DNA of 64,000 nt from Chloroflexota bacterium (GTDB lineage Bacteria; Chloroflexota; Dehalococcoidia; JACVQG01; JAHKAY01), in contig JAHKAY010000006.1 of the NCBI GenBank assembly GCA_018825785.1, positions 42,332 to 106,331 of the forward strand, given 5' to 3'. The notes below the pieces were generated by a model. That model made no database searches. It saw only the letters and a list, made by a program, of their open reading frames with translations, and was not told the origin of the DNA. This document shows positions 26,322 through 35,018 of this stretch, piece by piece. The stretch's first letter is position 1. Each line of letters starts with the position of its first letter. A program made the position numbers and the translations under genes.

Positions 26322-29102
26322 ATGAGGCTCAAAGGCCTTCTTTTCATCCAGAGGACAGCCCGCCGCCTTCAGGACCATGAAAACCTCCGGGTGGCCCTAC
26401 TCTATGCCCTGCTCATCGCTGTGGCCTATCCCCAGGTGGTCTTTATGGGCAAGACCCTGGTAGCCTCCGTCTATTACCCCCATGGGGTAGTGGCGGAGGG
26501 CCCCTACGGTTACCTGGGCAGAAGGATAGAGAACACCTTCAATCTGGACCTGGCCAGCCCGGCCTATTACGAGTTTCCTGTTAACCGCCTGGTGGGTGAG
26601 ATATACCGCCGGGGCCAGCTCCCCCTCTGGAACCCCTATCAGGCGGCGGGGACACCTCTGGCCGCCCAGTATAGCAGCCGGGCCTTCTTCCCCTACCAGA
26701 TTGCGGAGGATATCCTGCCTCCCTGGACCTGGGACTATTTCCTCCTGGGCCGGCTGTGGATTGCGGGGTTTCTTACCTACCTTTTCCTCAGGGCTCTTTC
26801 CCTCTCGCCAGCCAGTTCCTTCCTGGGAGGGGTCTTCTACATGTTCTCGGGGAGCCTGGTCTGGTTTATCAACCTGGAGCAGATGGCCAATGTGGCTATG
26901 CTGGTGCCGGGCCTCCTCCTGGCGACGGAGAAGCTGGTCCGAAACCAGGGGGGCAGATATATCGCCTGCTCCGCCCTGGCCTTTGGCCTGGTCCTCCTAG
27001 CGGGACAGCCGGAGACGGCCCTGTATTCCCTGGCCCTGGCCGCTGCCTATTTCCTTTTCCGTGTCCTCCGGGCAGGGGAAGGGGTAAGAGCAATATTAAG
27101 GCAAGGGGGGAGATATGTCTTTTCCTTTGGGCTGGGGCTGGGCCTCTCGGCGCCTCTGACCTTGCCTTTTATAGAGTTGATGGGAAACTCTTTCCATGTC
27201 CATCCGCCGGGGGGCCCGGTGGGTATTCAGGGTCCCATCCCGTATGCCTGGTCTGTCTCATTGCTCGTCCCCACCTATTTCCAGGAGCACACAATTTTCA
27301 GGGAATTCCCCCAGACTGGCATCTGGGACTTCCTGGGAGGCTACCTGGGGGTGGTGGTCGTCTTTCTGGCCTTCCTGGGACTCCTGTGCAGGGGAAGACT
27401 GGGGGCCTACGGCCTTTTCTTTTTCCTGGCCGGCCTTGTGGTCCTGCTGAAAAACTTCGGGGTGCCCCCGGCGAAATGGCTGGGCTATCTGCCCATCTTT
27501 GACCAAGCCTGGAGCGACCGGTGGGCCTCTCCGGCCTGGGCCCTTTCTTTCGCCGTAGCCGGGGCTATCGGCCTGGAAAGCCTGGGGCGAGAACCCGGGC
27601 CGGGGATGAAAGGTGGCATCTCCGCAGGTAGGCTGCGTCTCCTGGGGGTGGGGCTGGTCCTCCTTGGCCTGGGCCTGGCCTGGGTCATCCTCAGGCCCAG
27701 GCTTCTCTCACTCCCAGGTCCCCTTACTTTGAAAGGCCAGCTGGTCGCGGCCTACTTCCAGGCCCTCTCCCTGGGGGCGGGAGGCACAGCTATTACCGCC
27801 TCCTTCTTCCCCAGGGAAAAGAGGGGCGGGGCCTCTGTCCTTTCTGTGGCCGTAGCCCTGGCCCTGGTGCTTTTCCTGCTCATCGCCCTGGCCCTGGTCT
27901 CCCCACCCCCCTTCCCCGGAGAAGGGGGCCTGGTGGCCATAGTAGCCCTGACGACAGCCTCTATCCTGGTCTTCTCCCTTCAGGCGGGAAACCGAAAGGC
28001 CGCCTGGGGGATGGGAGCCCTGGCCGTCCTGGAACTCTGGTTCCATATTCCCAAAGGCTACAATATCTCCTGGCAATATCTGACCCTCATTCCCCTTCTT
28101 ATCGGTCTGCCCCTGGTATTCGCCCTGGCCAGGGGGAAGGGGCGCTGGGCCGTCCTTTTTGCTCTGGCACCTGTGTTGTCTTATATCATCATCGATGCCA
28201 CGGCCCCAAAAGGCCTTCCCCAGCGCTATGACCCCTTTACCGAGGCACCCTATGTCCAGTTCCTGAGGGAAAAGGCGGGCTATTACCGGATAGCTGGGGG
28301 TGATGGGGTGCTGATGCCGAACTATGCCGGCGCCCTGGGGGTCTACGATGTGCGGTTCATCAACGCCCTATCGGTGAACTCCTACCAGCACTATGCGGAG
28401 AATAGCCTCCTCCCGGGGCCCCATACGGTGCCTATAGACAGGCTCTGGTTCACCGGCATCCCGGATTACCTGAAGCCTGAAGAGTCGTCTTTCTATCAGG
28501 AAATCCAGGAACGGGCCTCTTTCTACTCCTTCCTGGGGGTGAAATATATCCTGGCTCCATCACCCGTCTCCATTGATATGCCCCTTGTCTATGACGGTGA
28601 GGCGAAGGTGTATGAAAACCCTTCTGTCCTCCCTAGAGCGTTCCTCGTCTACCAGGTGGAATACGCCTCCTCCTACCAGCAAGCCCAGGAGGCCCTGAGC
28701 CGGCCCGATTTTGACCCGCTCTGCCGGGTGGTGCTGGAGCAGGAGGCTTCCTTCAGCCCCCAGGAAGGCCGGGGGACTGCCCGCATCCGAGAATACCAGC
28801 CCAACAGGGTGGTCATGGAGACGCAATCGGAGACCCCTGGGATTCTGGTCCTCACCGATGTCTTTTATCCCGGCTGGACAGCCTATATAGATGGCAAGGC
28901 CGCCAAGATATACAGGGCCAACGGCCTGGTCCGGGCGGTGATGGTGGACAAGGGGGACCACACCGTCGTCATGAGCTACTTCCCCCGCAGTCTTGCCTTG
29001 GGCCTGGCTGTTGCCCTTCTTGCTGGGGTGGCCTGTTTGGCCCTGATGTTCAGGAAAAGGAACCAAAAGGGCCTTTCCGGTTCCTTACAACTCTTGGCAT
29101 AA
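26322..29102 (+). CDS. YfhO-family polytopic membrane glycosyltransferase (GT-C-like)
   Basis: 926 aa with many TM helices. The C-terminal block VLTDVFYPGWTAYIDGKAAKIYRANGLVRAVMVDKGDHTVVMSYFP matches the YfhO C-terminal signature as I remember it. Confidence 0.7.
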   Translation: MRLKGLLFIQRTARRLQDHENLRVALLYALLIAVAYPQVVFMGKTLVASVYYPHGVVAEGPYGYLGRRIENTFNLDLASPAYYEFPVNRLVGEIYRRGQLPLWNPYQAAGTPLAAQYSSRAFFPYQIAEDILPPWTWDYFLLGRLWIAGFLTYLFLRALSLSPASSFLGGVFYMFSGSLVWFINLEQMANVAMLVPGLLLATEKLVRNQGGRYIACSALAFGLVLLAGQPETALYSLALAAAYFLFRVLRAGEGVRAILRQGGRYVFSFGLGLGLSAPLTLPFIELMGNSFHVHPPGGPVGIQGPIPYAWSVSLLVPTYFQEHTIFREFPQTGIWDFLGGYLGVVVVFLAFLGLLCRGRLGAYGLFFFLAGLVVLLKNFGVPPAKWLGYLPIFDQAWSDRWASPAWALSFAVAGAIGLESLGREPGPGMKGGISAGRLRLLGVGLVLLGLGLAWVILRPRLLSLPGPLTLKGQLVAAYFQALSLGAGGTAITASFFPREKRGGASVLSVAVALALVLFLLIALALVSPPPFPGEGGLVAIVALTTASILVFSLQAGNRKAAWGMGALAVLELWFHIPKGYNISWQYLTLIPLLIGLPLVFALARGKGRWAVLFALAPVLSYIIIDATAPKGLPQRYDPFTEAPYVQFLREKAGYYRIAGGDGVLMPNYAGALGVYDVRFINALSVNSYQHYAENSLLPGPHTVPIDRLWFTGIPDYLKPEESSFYQEIQERASFYSFLGVKYILAPSPVSIDMPLVYDGEAKVYENPSVLPRAFLVYQVEYASSYQQAQEALSRPDFDPLCRVVLEQEASFSPQEGRGTARIREYQPNRVVMETQSETPGILVLTDVFYPGWTAYIDGKAAKIYRANGLVRAVMVDKGDHTVVMSYFPRSLALGLAVALLAGVACLALMFRKRNQKGLSGSLQLLA

Positions 29103-29103
29103 T

Positions 29104-30684
29104 TTGGGTCATGCCCGACCGGACCCATCCTCAGCCCCAGGCCAAAGAGGGTTAACCTTGAAGAACCACAAAATAGTGCCCCTGGACGAACTGGCGCAAA
29201 TAGTCTCCCAGTGCAAAGCAGAGGGCAAGAAGGTAGTCCACTGCCACGGCGTCTTTGACCTCCTGCATCCCGGACACATCCTGCATTTTCAGGCCGCCAG
29301 GGGCCTGGGGGATGTCCTGGTGGTTACCATCACCCGGGACGCCTATGTGGACAAGGGGCCGGGAAGGCCGGTGTTCAAAGAACGCCTCAGGGCTGAATCT
29401 CTTGCCGCCCTGGAGGTCATAGACTATGTGGCCTTCAATGACTGGCCCACGTCGGTAGAGACGATAAGAAAGCTCAGGCCCGATATCTATGCCAAGGGCA
29501 GTGACTACCGGCACCCCGAGGACGATCTTACGGGCAAGATTAAAGAGGAAGAACAGGCCATCCTCTCCGTTGGGGGGAAGGCCCATTTCACCGACGAGCT
29601 AACCTTTAGCTCCACCAGCCTGCTCAATGCCCATTTCAGCGTCTACCCGGAGGCGGCGGAGAAGTTCCTGAGGGATTTCCGCCAGAGGTATTCCGCCGAG
29701 GAAGCAATCAAATGGTTCCAGAAACTCCTTCCCTTGAAAGTGCTGGTCTTGGGGGACACCATCATCGATGAATACCATTACTGTGTCCCCATGTCCAGGT
29801 CCCCCAAGGAAAACCTCATCCCCGCCAAGTACATTTCAGAGGAGACCTTTGCCGGGGGCATCCTGGCCTCAGCCAACCACGTAGCGGGTTTCTGCGCCGA
29901 TGTCCACCTGCTCACCTGCCTGGGCATTCAGAACAATTACGAGAAATTCATCCTGCAACACCTCAGGCCGAATATAAAGGGGAAGTTTTTCTACCGGGAG
30001 GATGCCCCTACCGTTGTGAAACGGCGCTTTGTTGACCCAGCCTTCCTGAGCAAGATGTTTGAGGTCTGTTTCATGAACAGCCACGAATTGCCCCCTGCCG
30101 TGGCCAAACAAATAGAAGGCTATCTGAATGCATGCATATCCCAATATGACCTGGTAGTAGTGAACGACTTCGGCCATGGGTTTATGACCCAGGAAATAAT
30201 AGATGTTGTGTGTGAGAAGTCCCGCTTCCTGGCAGTGAATGCCCAGACCAATAGTGCCAACATGGGCTTCAATCTTATTACCAAATATCCCCGGGCCGAT
30301 TATGTCTGCCTTGATGAGGCCGAGGCCCGCCTGGCCTGCCACGATAGGACGGGGGACCTCAGGGAGATAAATACAATGCTGGCCAAAAGCTCAGGGTGCA
30401 GTAAGGTGGCTGTCACCCAGGGGCACAAGGGATCACTGGTCTATGACAGGGAGGGGGGATTCTTTGAGATCCCCGTCTTTTCCCTGGAAGTAAAGGACAG
30501 GGTTGGCGCCGGCGATGCCTATTTTTCCATCACCTCCCCCTGCGTGGCGGCGGGGTTCCCTGGGGACCTGGTGGGGTTTATTGGCAATGCGGTAGGGGCC
30601 CTGGCCGTCCGCATCGTGGGCAACAGGACCCCCGTGGAGCCTGTTCCCCTTTTCAAATTCATCAAGGCCCTTCTTGCAGCCTAA
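29104..30684 (+). CDS. bifunctional nucleotidyltransferase / PfkB sugar kinase (HldE/RfaE-like with swapped domain order)
   Basis: 526 aa. The N-terminal cytidylyltransferase-like domain is VVHCHGVFDLLHPGHILHFQAARGLGDVLVVTITRD...KGPGRPV. The C-terminal PfkB kinase domain is VLVLGDTIIDEYHYC...VKDRVGAGDAYFS. The track start is TTG 29104. The true start is uncertain. Confidence 0.7.
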   Translation: MGHARPDPSSAPGQRGLTLKNHKIVPLDELAQIVSQCKAEGKKVVHCHGVFDLLHPGHILHFQAARGLGDVLVVTITRDAYVDKGPGRPVFKERLRAESLAALEVIDYVAFNDWPTSVETIRKLRPDIYAKGSDYRHPEDDLTGKIKEEEQAILSVGGKAHFTDELTFSSTSLLNAHFSVYPEAAEKFLRDFRQRYSAEEAIKWFQKLLPLKVLVLGDTIIDEYHYCVPMSRSPKENLIPAKYISEETFAGGILASANHVAGFCADVHLLTCLGIQNNYEKFILQHLRPNIKGKFFYREDAPTVVKRRFVDPAFLSKMFEVCFMNSHELPPAVAKQIEGYLNACISQYDLVVVNDFGHGFMTQEIIDVVCEKSRFLAVNAQTNSANMGFNLITKYPRADYVCLDEAEARLACHDRTGDLREINTMLAKSSGCSKVAVTQGHKGSLVYDREGGFFEIPVFSLEVKDRVGAGDAYFSITSPCVAAGFPGDLVGFIGNAVGALAVRIVGNRTPVEPVPLFKFIKALLAA

Positions 30685-30696
30685 AGAAAGGGAAGC

Positions 30697-31683
30697 ATGA
30701 CATCGGAGAAACATATCCTGGTAACCGGTGGCTGTGGCTATGTAGGCAGCATCCTGGTCCCCAAGCTGGCCAGGGAATACAGGGTCACGTTGATAGATAG
30801 CATGATGTTCGGCAATCACCTGCAGGGTGTGGAGAATGTCACCACTGTAAAGGGCGATATCAGGGACTATACTCTGATGCGTTCCCTCCTATCCTCTTGC
30901 ACCGATGTCATCCACCTGGCTTCCATAGCCAATGACCCCTGCTCTGAGCTTGACACAGCCATGACCCAATCAGTAAACCGGGATGCGGTGGAGCATCTGG
31001 TAAGAGCTGCCAAGGAGCAGGGCGTCCGGAGGTTCATCAGCGCCTCATCCAGTGCCGTATACGGCGTAAAGGAAGAGGAATCGGTGACCGAAGACCTCCC
31101 CCTCGCCCCCCTCACCCTCTACGCGAGGCTCAAGGCCGAGACAGAGAGAATCGTGGCCAGCGCCGCCGGCAGGGATTTCGTCACCGTTTCCATCCGGTCA
31201 GCAACTGTATGCGGTGTCTCACCCAGAATGAGATTTGACGTAATTGTCAATATGATGGCCAAGATGGCCATCGCCGGCGGGGCGATAACCGTTCATGGCG
31301 GCGACCAGTATCGGCCCAATGTCCATATTGATGACATCACCGACCTTTACCTCTTCCTCCTGGAAACCCCGGCGGAGAAGATAGGTGGCCGGGTGTTCAA
31401 CGCCGGGGCCAAGAACCACACCGTCCTGGAAATAGCCCAGATGGCTCAGGAGGAGGCCGGTGGGATAATCTACCTGGATAGCAACGTCACGGACAACCGG
31501 TCCTATCGTATATCATCGGGGCTGATAAGAAGAGAGCTGGGCTGGGAGCCCCGGAGGACGATTCGGGATGCCATAAAGGACATCAAGAGGGCCTTTGACG
31601 GGGGTATGTTCCCCGACCCCGATGACGATATCTTCTACAACATCAGGACCATGAAAGCTCTTCAGCCGAGCGATAAACGGTGA
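30697..31683 (+). CDS. NAD-dependent epimerase/dehydratase (SDR)
   Basis: 328 aa. HILVTGGCGYVGSILVPKL...SSSAVYG...YARLKAETE shows the Rossmann and YxxxK motifs. Confidence 0.75.
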   Translation: MTSEKHILVTGGCGYVGSILVPKLAREYRVTLIDSMMFGNHLQGVENVTTVKGDIRDYTLMRSLLSSCTDVIHLASIANDPCSELDTAMTQSVNRDAVEHLVRAAKEQGVRRFISASSSAVYGVKEEESVTEDLPLAPLTLYARLKAETERIVASAAGRDFVTVSIRSATVCGVSPRMRFDVIVNMMAKMAIAGGAITVHGGDQYRPNVHIDDITDLYLFLLETPAEKIGGRVFNAGAKNHTVLEIAQMAQEEAGGIIYLDSNVTDNRSYRISSGLIRRELGWEPRRTIRDAIKDIKRAFDGGMFPDPDDDIFYNIRTMKALQPSDKR

Positions 31684-32642
31684 CGAACAAGGAATTCCAC
31701 CTGAATCTTTGCCGGATGATGCTTCTGATTCGGCGCACCGAAGAGAAGATTGGTGAGCTCTATCCAGAGCAGGAGATGAAGTGTGCAGTGCACCTTTCCA
31801 TTGGCGAGGAGGCCTCGGCGGTCGGTGTTTGCGCCGCCTTGAGAGGGGACGATGTAATCTACAGCACTCACCGCTGCCATGCCCACTATCTGGCCAAGGG
31901 CGGAAACCTCAAGCGCATGGTGGCCGAACTATATGGAAAGGCCGCAGGCTGTTGCCGGGGCAAGGGCGGCTCCATGCATCTGGCTGACCCCGAGGTTGGG
32001 ATGATGGGCTCTTCCGCCATTGTAGCCGGGTCCATACCCCTGGCTGTGGGCTCGGCCCTGGCCTTCAGCATGAAAGGGAATGACAGAGTGGCAGTGGCCC
32101 TTTTCGGCGACGGCGGGGCGGAACAGGGCTCTTTCACGGAGTGCCTTAGTTTTGCTTCTCTGAAGAGTTTGCCTGTCATATTCGTTTGCGAGAATAACCT
32201 GTACGCTACCCATACGCATATTTCAGCCCGCCAGTCTAAAGACAACATCCACCAGCGGGGCGAGCCTTACGGGGTTCCCGGCACTCAAATAGACGGGAAC
32301 GATGTGCTGGCAGTCTATGAGGCTGCTTTCCAGGCCGTGGAACGCTGTCGTTTGGGGAAGGGCCCTTCTCTACTGGAGTGTCGCACCTATAGGTGGAGGG
32401 GGCATGTTGGGCCTGACTATGACTATGACCTGGGCTACAGAAGCAAACAGGAACTGGAGGAATGGATGCGCCGATGCCCCATTTTGACTTATGAAAGGAG
32501 TCTGGTCAGTGCTGGGATTTGCAGCCAAAGCGACCTTGACTTGATTAGGGAAGAAGTGGATGAAGAGGTCGCCAGGGCTGTAACCTTCGCGAAAAGCAGC
32601 CCGGAGCCGGAGATGGACGAGCTTCTGCAGGACGTCTATTAG
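31680..32642 (+). CDS. thiamine-diphosphate-dependent 2-oxoacid dehydrogenase E1 component, alpha subunit-like
   Basis: 320 aa. Its ThDP motif is ALFGDGGAEQGSFTECLSFASLKSLPVIFVCENNLYA. It has a GTGA overlap with the upstream SDR gene. Confidence 0.8.
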   Translation: MTNKEFHLNLCRMMLLIRRTEEKIGELYPEQEMKCAVHLSIGEEASAVGVCAALRGDDVIYSTHRCHAHYLAKGGNLKRMVAELYGKAAGCCRGKGGSMHLADPEVGMMGSSAIVAGSIPLAVGSALAFSMKGNDRVAVALFGDGGAEQGSFTECLSFASLKSLPVIFVCENNLYATHTHISARQSKDNIHQRGEPYGVPGTQIDGNDVLAVYEAAFQAVERCRLGKGPSLLECRTYRWRGHVGPDYDYDLGYRSKQELEEWMRRCPILTYERSLVSAGICSQSDLDLIREEVDEEVARAVTFAKSSPEPEMDELLQDVY

Positions 32643-32645
32643 GTC

Positions 32646-33722
32646 TTGTCCATGAAGGAGAACCAGGCAATCCGGCAGGCTAAATACGTAGAGGCGATTG
32701 GTGAAGCCCTTGTTCAGGCCATGGAATGCGACGAGAGAGTTTTCGTCATGGGCATTGGGGTGGATGACCCCACCGGTGTCTTCGGCAGCACCCGGCCTGC
32801 CTTCAAGAGGTTCGGCAAGAAACGCGTCTTCACCATTCCTCTCTCGGAGAACGCTATCACTGGTGTGGGGATAGGTGCTGCCCTCTCGGGGCTTCGCCCG
32901 ATAATGGTCCACGCCAGAAACGACTTCCTGCTGCTGACCATGGACCAGTTGGTCAACCATGCCGCGAAGTGGAGCTACATGGCGGGCGGCCGCATGAAGG
33001 TTCCTTTCACGATTCGTGCCATCATTGGTAGGGGATGGGGCCAGGGTCCGCAGCACTCGCAGAGCCTCCAGGCCCTGTTCGTGCACACACCCGGCCTGAA
33101 AGTTGTCATGCCGGCTACTCCCTACGATGCCAAGGGTTTGTTGCTAGCCAGCATTGGGGATGATTGCCCGGTCATTTTCATTGAACACCGGAGGCTTTAC
33201 GACACCGTGGGACCGGTCCCAGAGGAAACGTACACCGTCCCTCTGGGGAAAGGCGCAGTGCGGCGTGAGGGAAGAGATGTCACGGTGGTGGCAAGCTCCC
33301 TGATGGTGCTGGAAGCCTTACAAGCTTCGCAACTTCTGCAGAGCGATGGCATAGCTGCTGAGGTAATTGACCTCCGCACCCTAAGCCCTCTGGACGATGA
33401 ACTGGTCTTTGACTCGGTTAGAAAGACTGGAAGGCTGGTGGTGGCGGACACAGGCTGGGAAACCTGTGGCGTTGCCGCTGAAGTGTCTGCCCGGGTAGCC
33501 AGCAACGTGTTTGGTTCCTTGAAGGCCCCCATCAGACGGGTGTGCCTCCCGAATTCACCAACTCCCACCTGTCCCAGCCTGGAAAAGGAGTTTTATCCCG
33601 GTGCCGAAGATATTGCTGCTGCGGTGAGAACGGTCGTGGGGAGGGGGAAAGAGCCCATGCGGCCTCGTGCTTCAGCCCGGACCCAAGAGTCGTGGGACAA
33701 GGGATTTACAGGCCCATTTTAG
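32646..33722 (+). CDS. 2-oxoacid dehydrogenase E1 component, beta subunit-like (transketolase-type Pyr and C-terminal domains)
   Basis: 358 aa. EAIGEALVQAMECDERVFVMGIGVDDPTGVFGSTR...IPLSENAITGVGIGAALSG...TPYDAKGLL supports the call. Confidence 0.8.
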   Translation: MSMKENQAIRQAKYVEAIGEALVQAMECDERVFVMGIGVDDPTGVFGSTRPAFKRFGKKRVFTIPLSENAITGVGIGAALSGLRPIMVHARNDFLLLTMDQLVNHAAKWSYMAGGRMKVPFTIRAIIGRGWGQGPQHSQSLQALFVHTPGLKVVMPATPYDAKGLLLASIGDDCPVIFIEHRRLYDTVGPVPEETYTVPLGKGAVRREGRDVTVVASSLMVLEALQASQLLQSDGIAAEVIDLRTLSPLDDELVFDSVRKTGRLVVADTGWETCGVAAEVSARVASNVFGSLKAPIRRVCLPNSPTPTCPSLEKEFYPGAEDIAAAVRTVVGRGKEPMRPRASARTQESWDKGFTGPF

Positions 33723-33744
33723 CTGGAGGATGCCATGATTCCGG

Positions 33745-34269
33745 TTGTCAGAAGGCTGTAATCTGGGGATGCAGGTCAAGGACCATCTCGTAATCGGCGG
33801 CGTTGCCTCCCTCCTTCTCATTCCGGCCTGGGGGGCGCACAGCCTCATTTTCCTGGCGGCCACGACCCTGGTTGATGGTGACCACTACCTGGACTACCTC
33901 TACCGCAACGGGTTCCAGAATTTCAGCTTGAGGAGAGCCACAAAATTCCACCAGGTCCTTCACGAGATTGCCAAGAGGGACAGCTTCTTCGGGCTAAGCC
34001 TGTGCCACACCGTTGAGTTCCTTCTTTTCTTGGCTTTTCTGCCAATGTGGACTCACTCCACGCTGCTATGGGCCGCTTTCTTTGGCGTCCTCTTCCATCT
34101 GGGGCTCGACTTAGCTCACGAATATCGAGAGGGGGTCCTTTTCAAGCGGGCTCTATCAGTAATTGAATACATCATCCGGTGGAACCGGATGAAGCATAAC
34201 GGTCAGAACCCCGAAGTCCCATATATCCGTGCCCTGGAAGCCATATCGGTGGAGACGACCAAGGGGTGA
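33745..34269 (+). CDS. small polytopic membrane protein; weak resemblance to membrane-bound metal-dependent hydrolases (YdjM/DUF457-like)
   Basis: 174 aa. It has 4-5 hydrophobic segments with His/Asp-rich loops (VKDHLV, VDGDHYLDY, HLGLDLAHEY). The likely start is MQVKDH at 33769. Confidence 0.35.
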   Translation: MSEGCNLGMQVKDHLVIGGVASLLLIPAWGAHSLIFLAATTLVDGDHYLDYLYRNGFQNFSLRRATKFHQVLHEIAKRDSFFGLSLCHTVEFLLFLAFLPMWTHSTLLWAAFFGVLFHLGLDLAHEYREGVLFKRALSVIEYIIRWNRMKHNGQNPEVPYIRALEAISVETTKG

Positions 34270-35018
34270 TGAAGGAGAGTATGAGGCCGTCCATCTCCGT
34301 AATCATCCCTGCTCTCAACGAGGAAAAGGCTGTGGGGCCCACCGTGGAGGCGCTGCTGGCAGCCCTGGACGACAGGTTCAGCCGGTACGAAATCCTGATT
34401 TTCGATGATGGCAGCACGGACGGCACAGGAGACTTGGCGGAAACCCTGGCGACCCGAGACGCAAACATCAGGGTGGTGCACAATCCCAGGAACATGGGCC
34501 TGGGCTACAACTATAGAAGGGGGGTGGAACTGGCTCAGAACGACTACGTGGTCCTTTTTCCGGGGGATAATCAGTTCCCCGCTGATTCCATGGCGGAACT
34601 CTTGCGCCATGTAAGCTGGGCAGACATTATCATCCCGTATCATACCAATGACCGCATCCGACCCTGGCACCGAAGGCTGATTTCCCGCCTCTTCATACTG
34701 ACCATGAACCTCCTGTTCGGACTGGGGGTCAAGTATTACACGGGAACTGTCATCCACAGGAGAGAGTTAATTCGCTCTGTCCCCATCTCGTCCACAGGCT
34801 TCGCGTATCAGGCTGAGGCCTTAACGCGGCTGCTCAGGTCAGGGCACAGCTACCTTGAGGTGGGCATACAAATCCAGGAGAGAGAATTTGGCACCACTAC
34901 TATGTTCAGCTTGAAGAACATCCGGAATGTGCTCACAACTGTGGCCAGACTCTTTGGGGATATCCGCATCCGAGGTGGAAAGAGGTATAACAAGCGCCCC
35001 AAGAGGATAATCCGGTGA
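34266..35018 (+). CDS. family 2 glycosyltransferase (polyprenol-phosphate sugar synthase-like)
   Basis: 250 aa. ISVIIPALNEEKAVGPTVEALL...ILIFDDGSTDGT...NMGLGYNYRRG...PGDNQFP shows the GT-A DxD-type motifs. Confidence 0.8.
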   Translation: MMKESMRPSISVIIPALNEEKAVGPTVEALLAALDDRFSRYEILIFDDGSTDGTGDLAETLATRDANIRVVHNPRNMGLGYNYRRGVELAQNDYVVLFPGDNQFPADSMAELLRHVSWADIIIPYHTNDRIRPWHRRLISRLFILTMNLLFGLGVKYYTGTVIHRRELIRSVPISSTGFAYQAEALTRLLRSGHSYLEVGIQIQEREFGTTTMFSLKNIRNVLTTVARLFGDIRIRGGKRYNKRPKRIIR

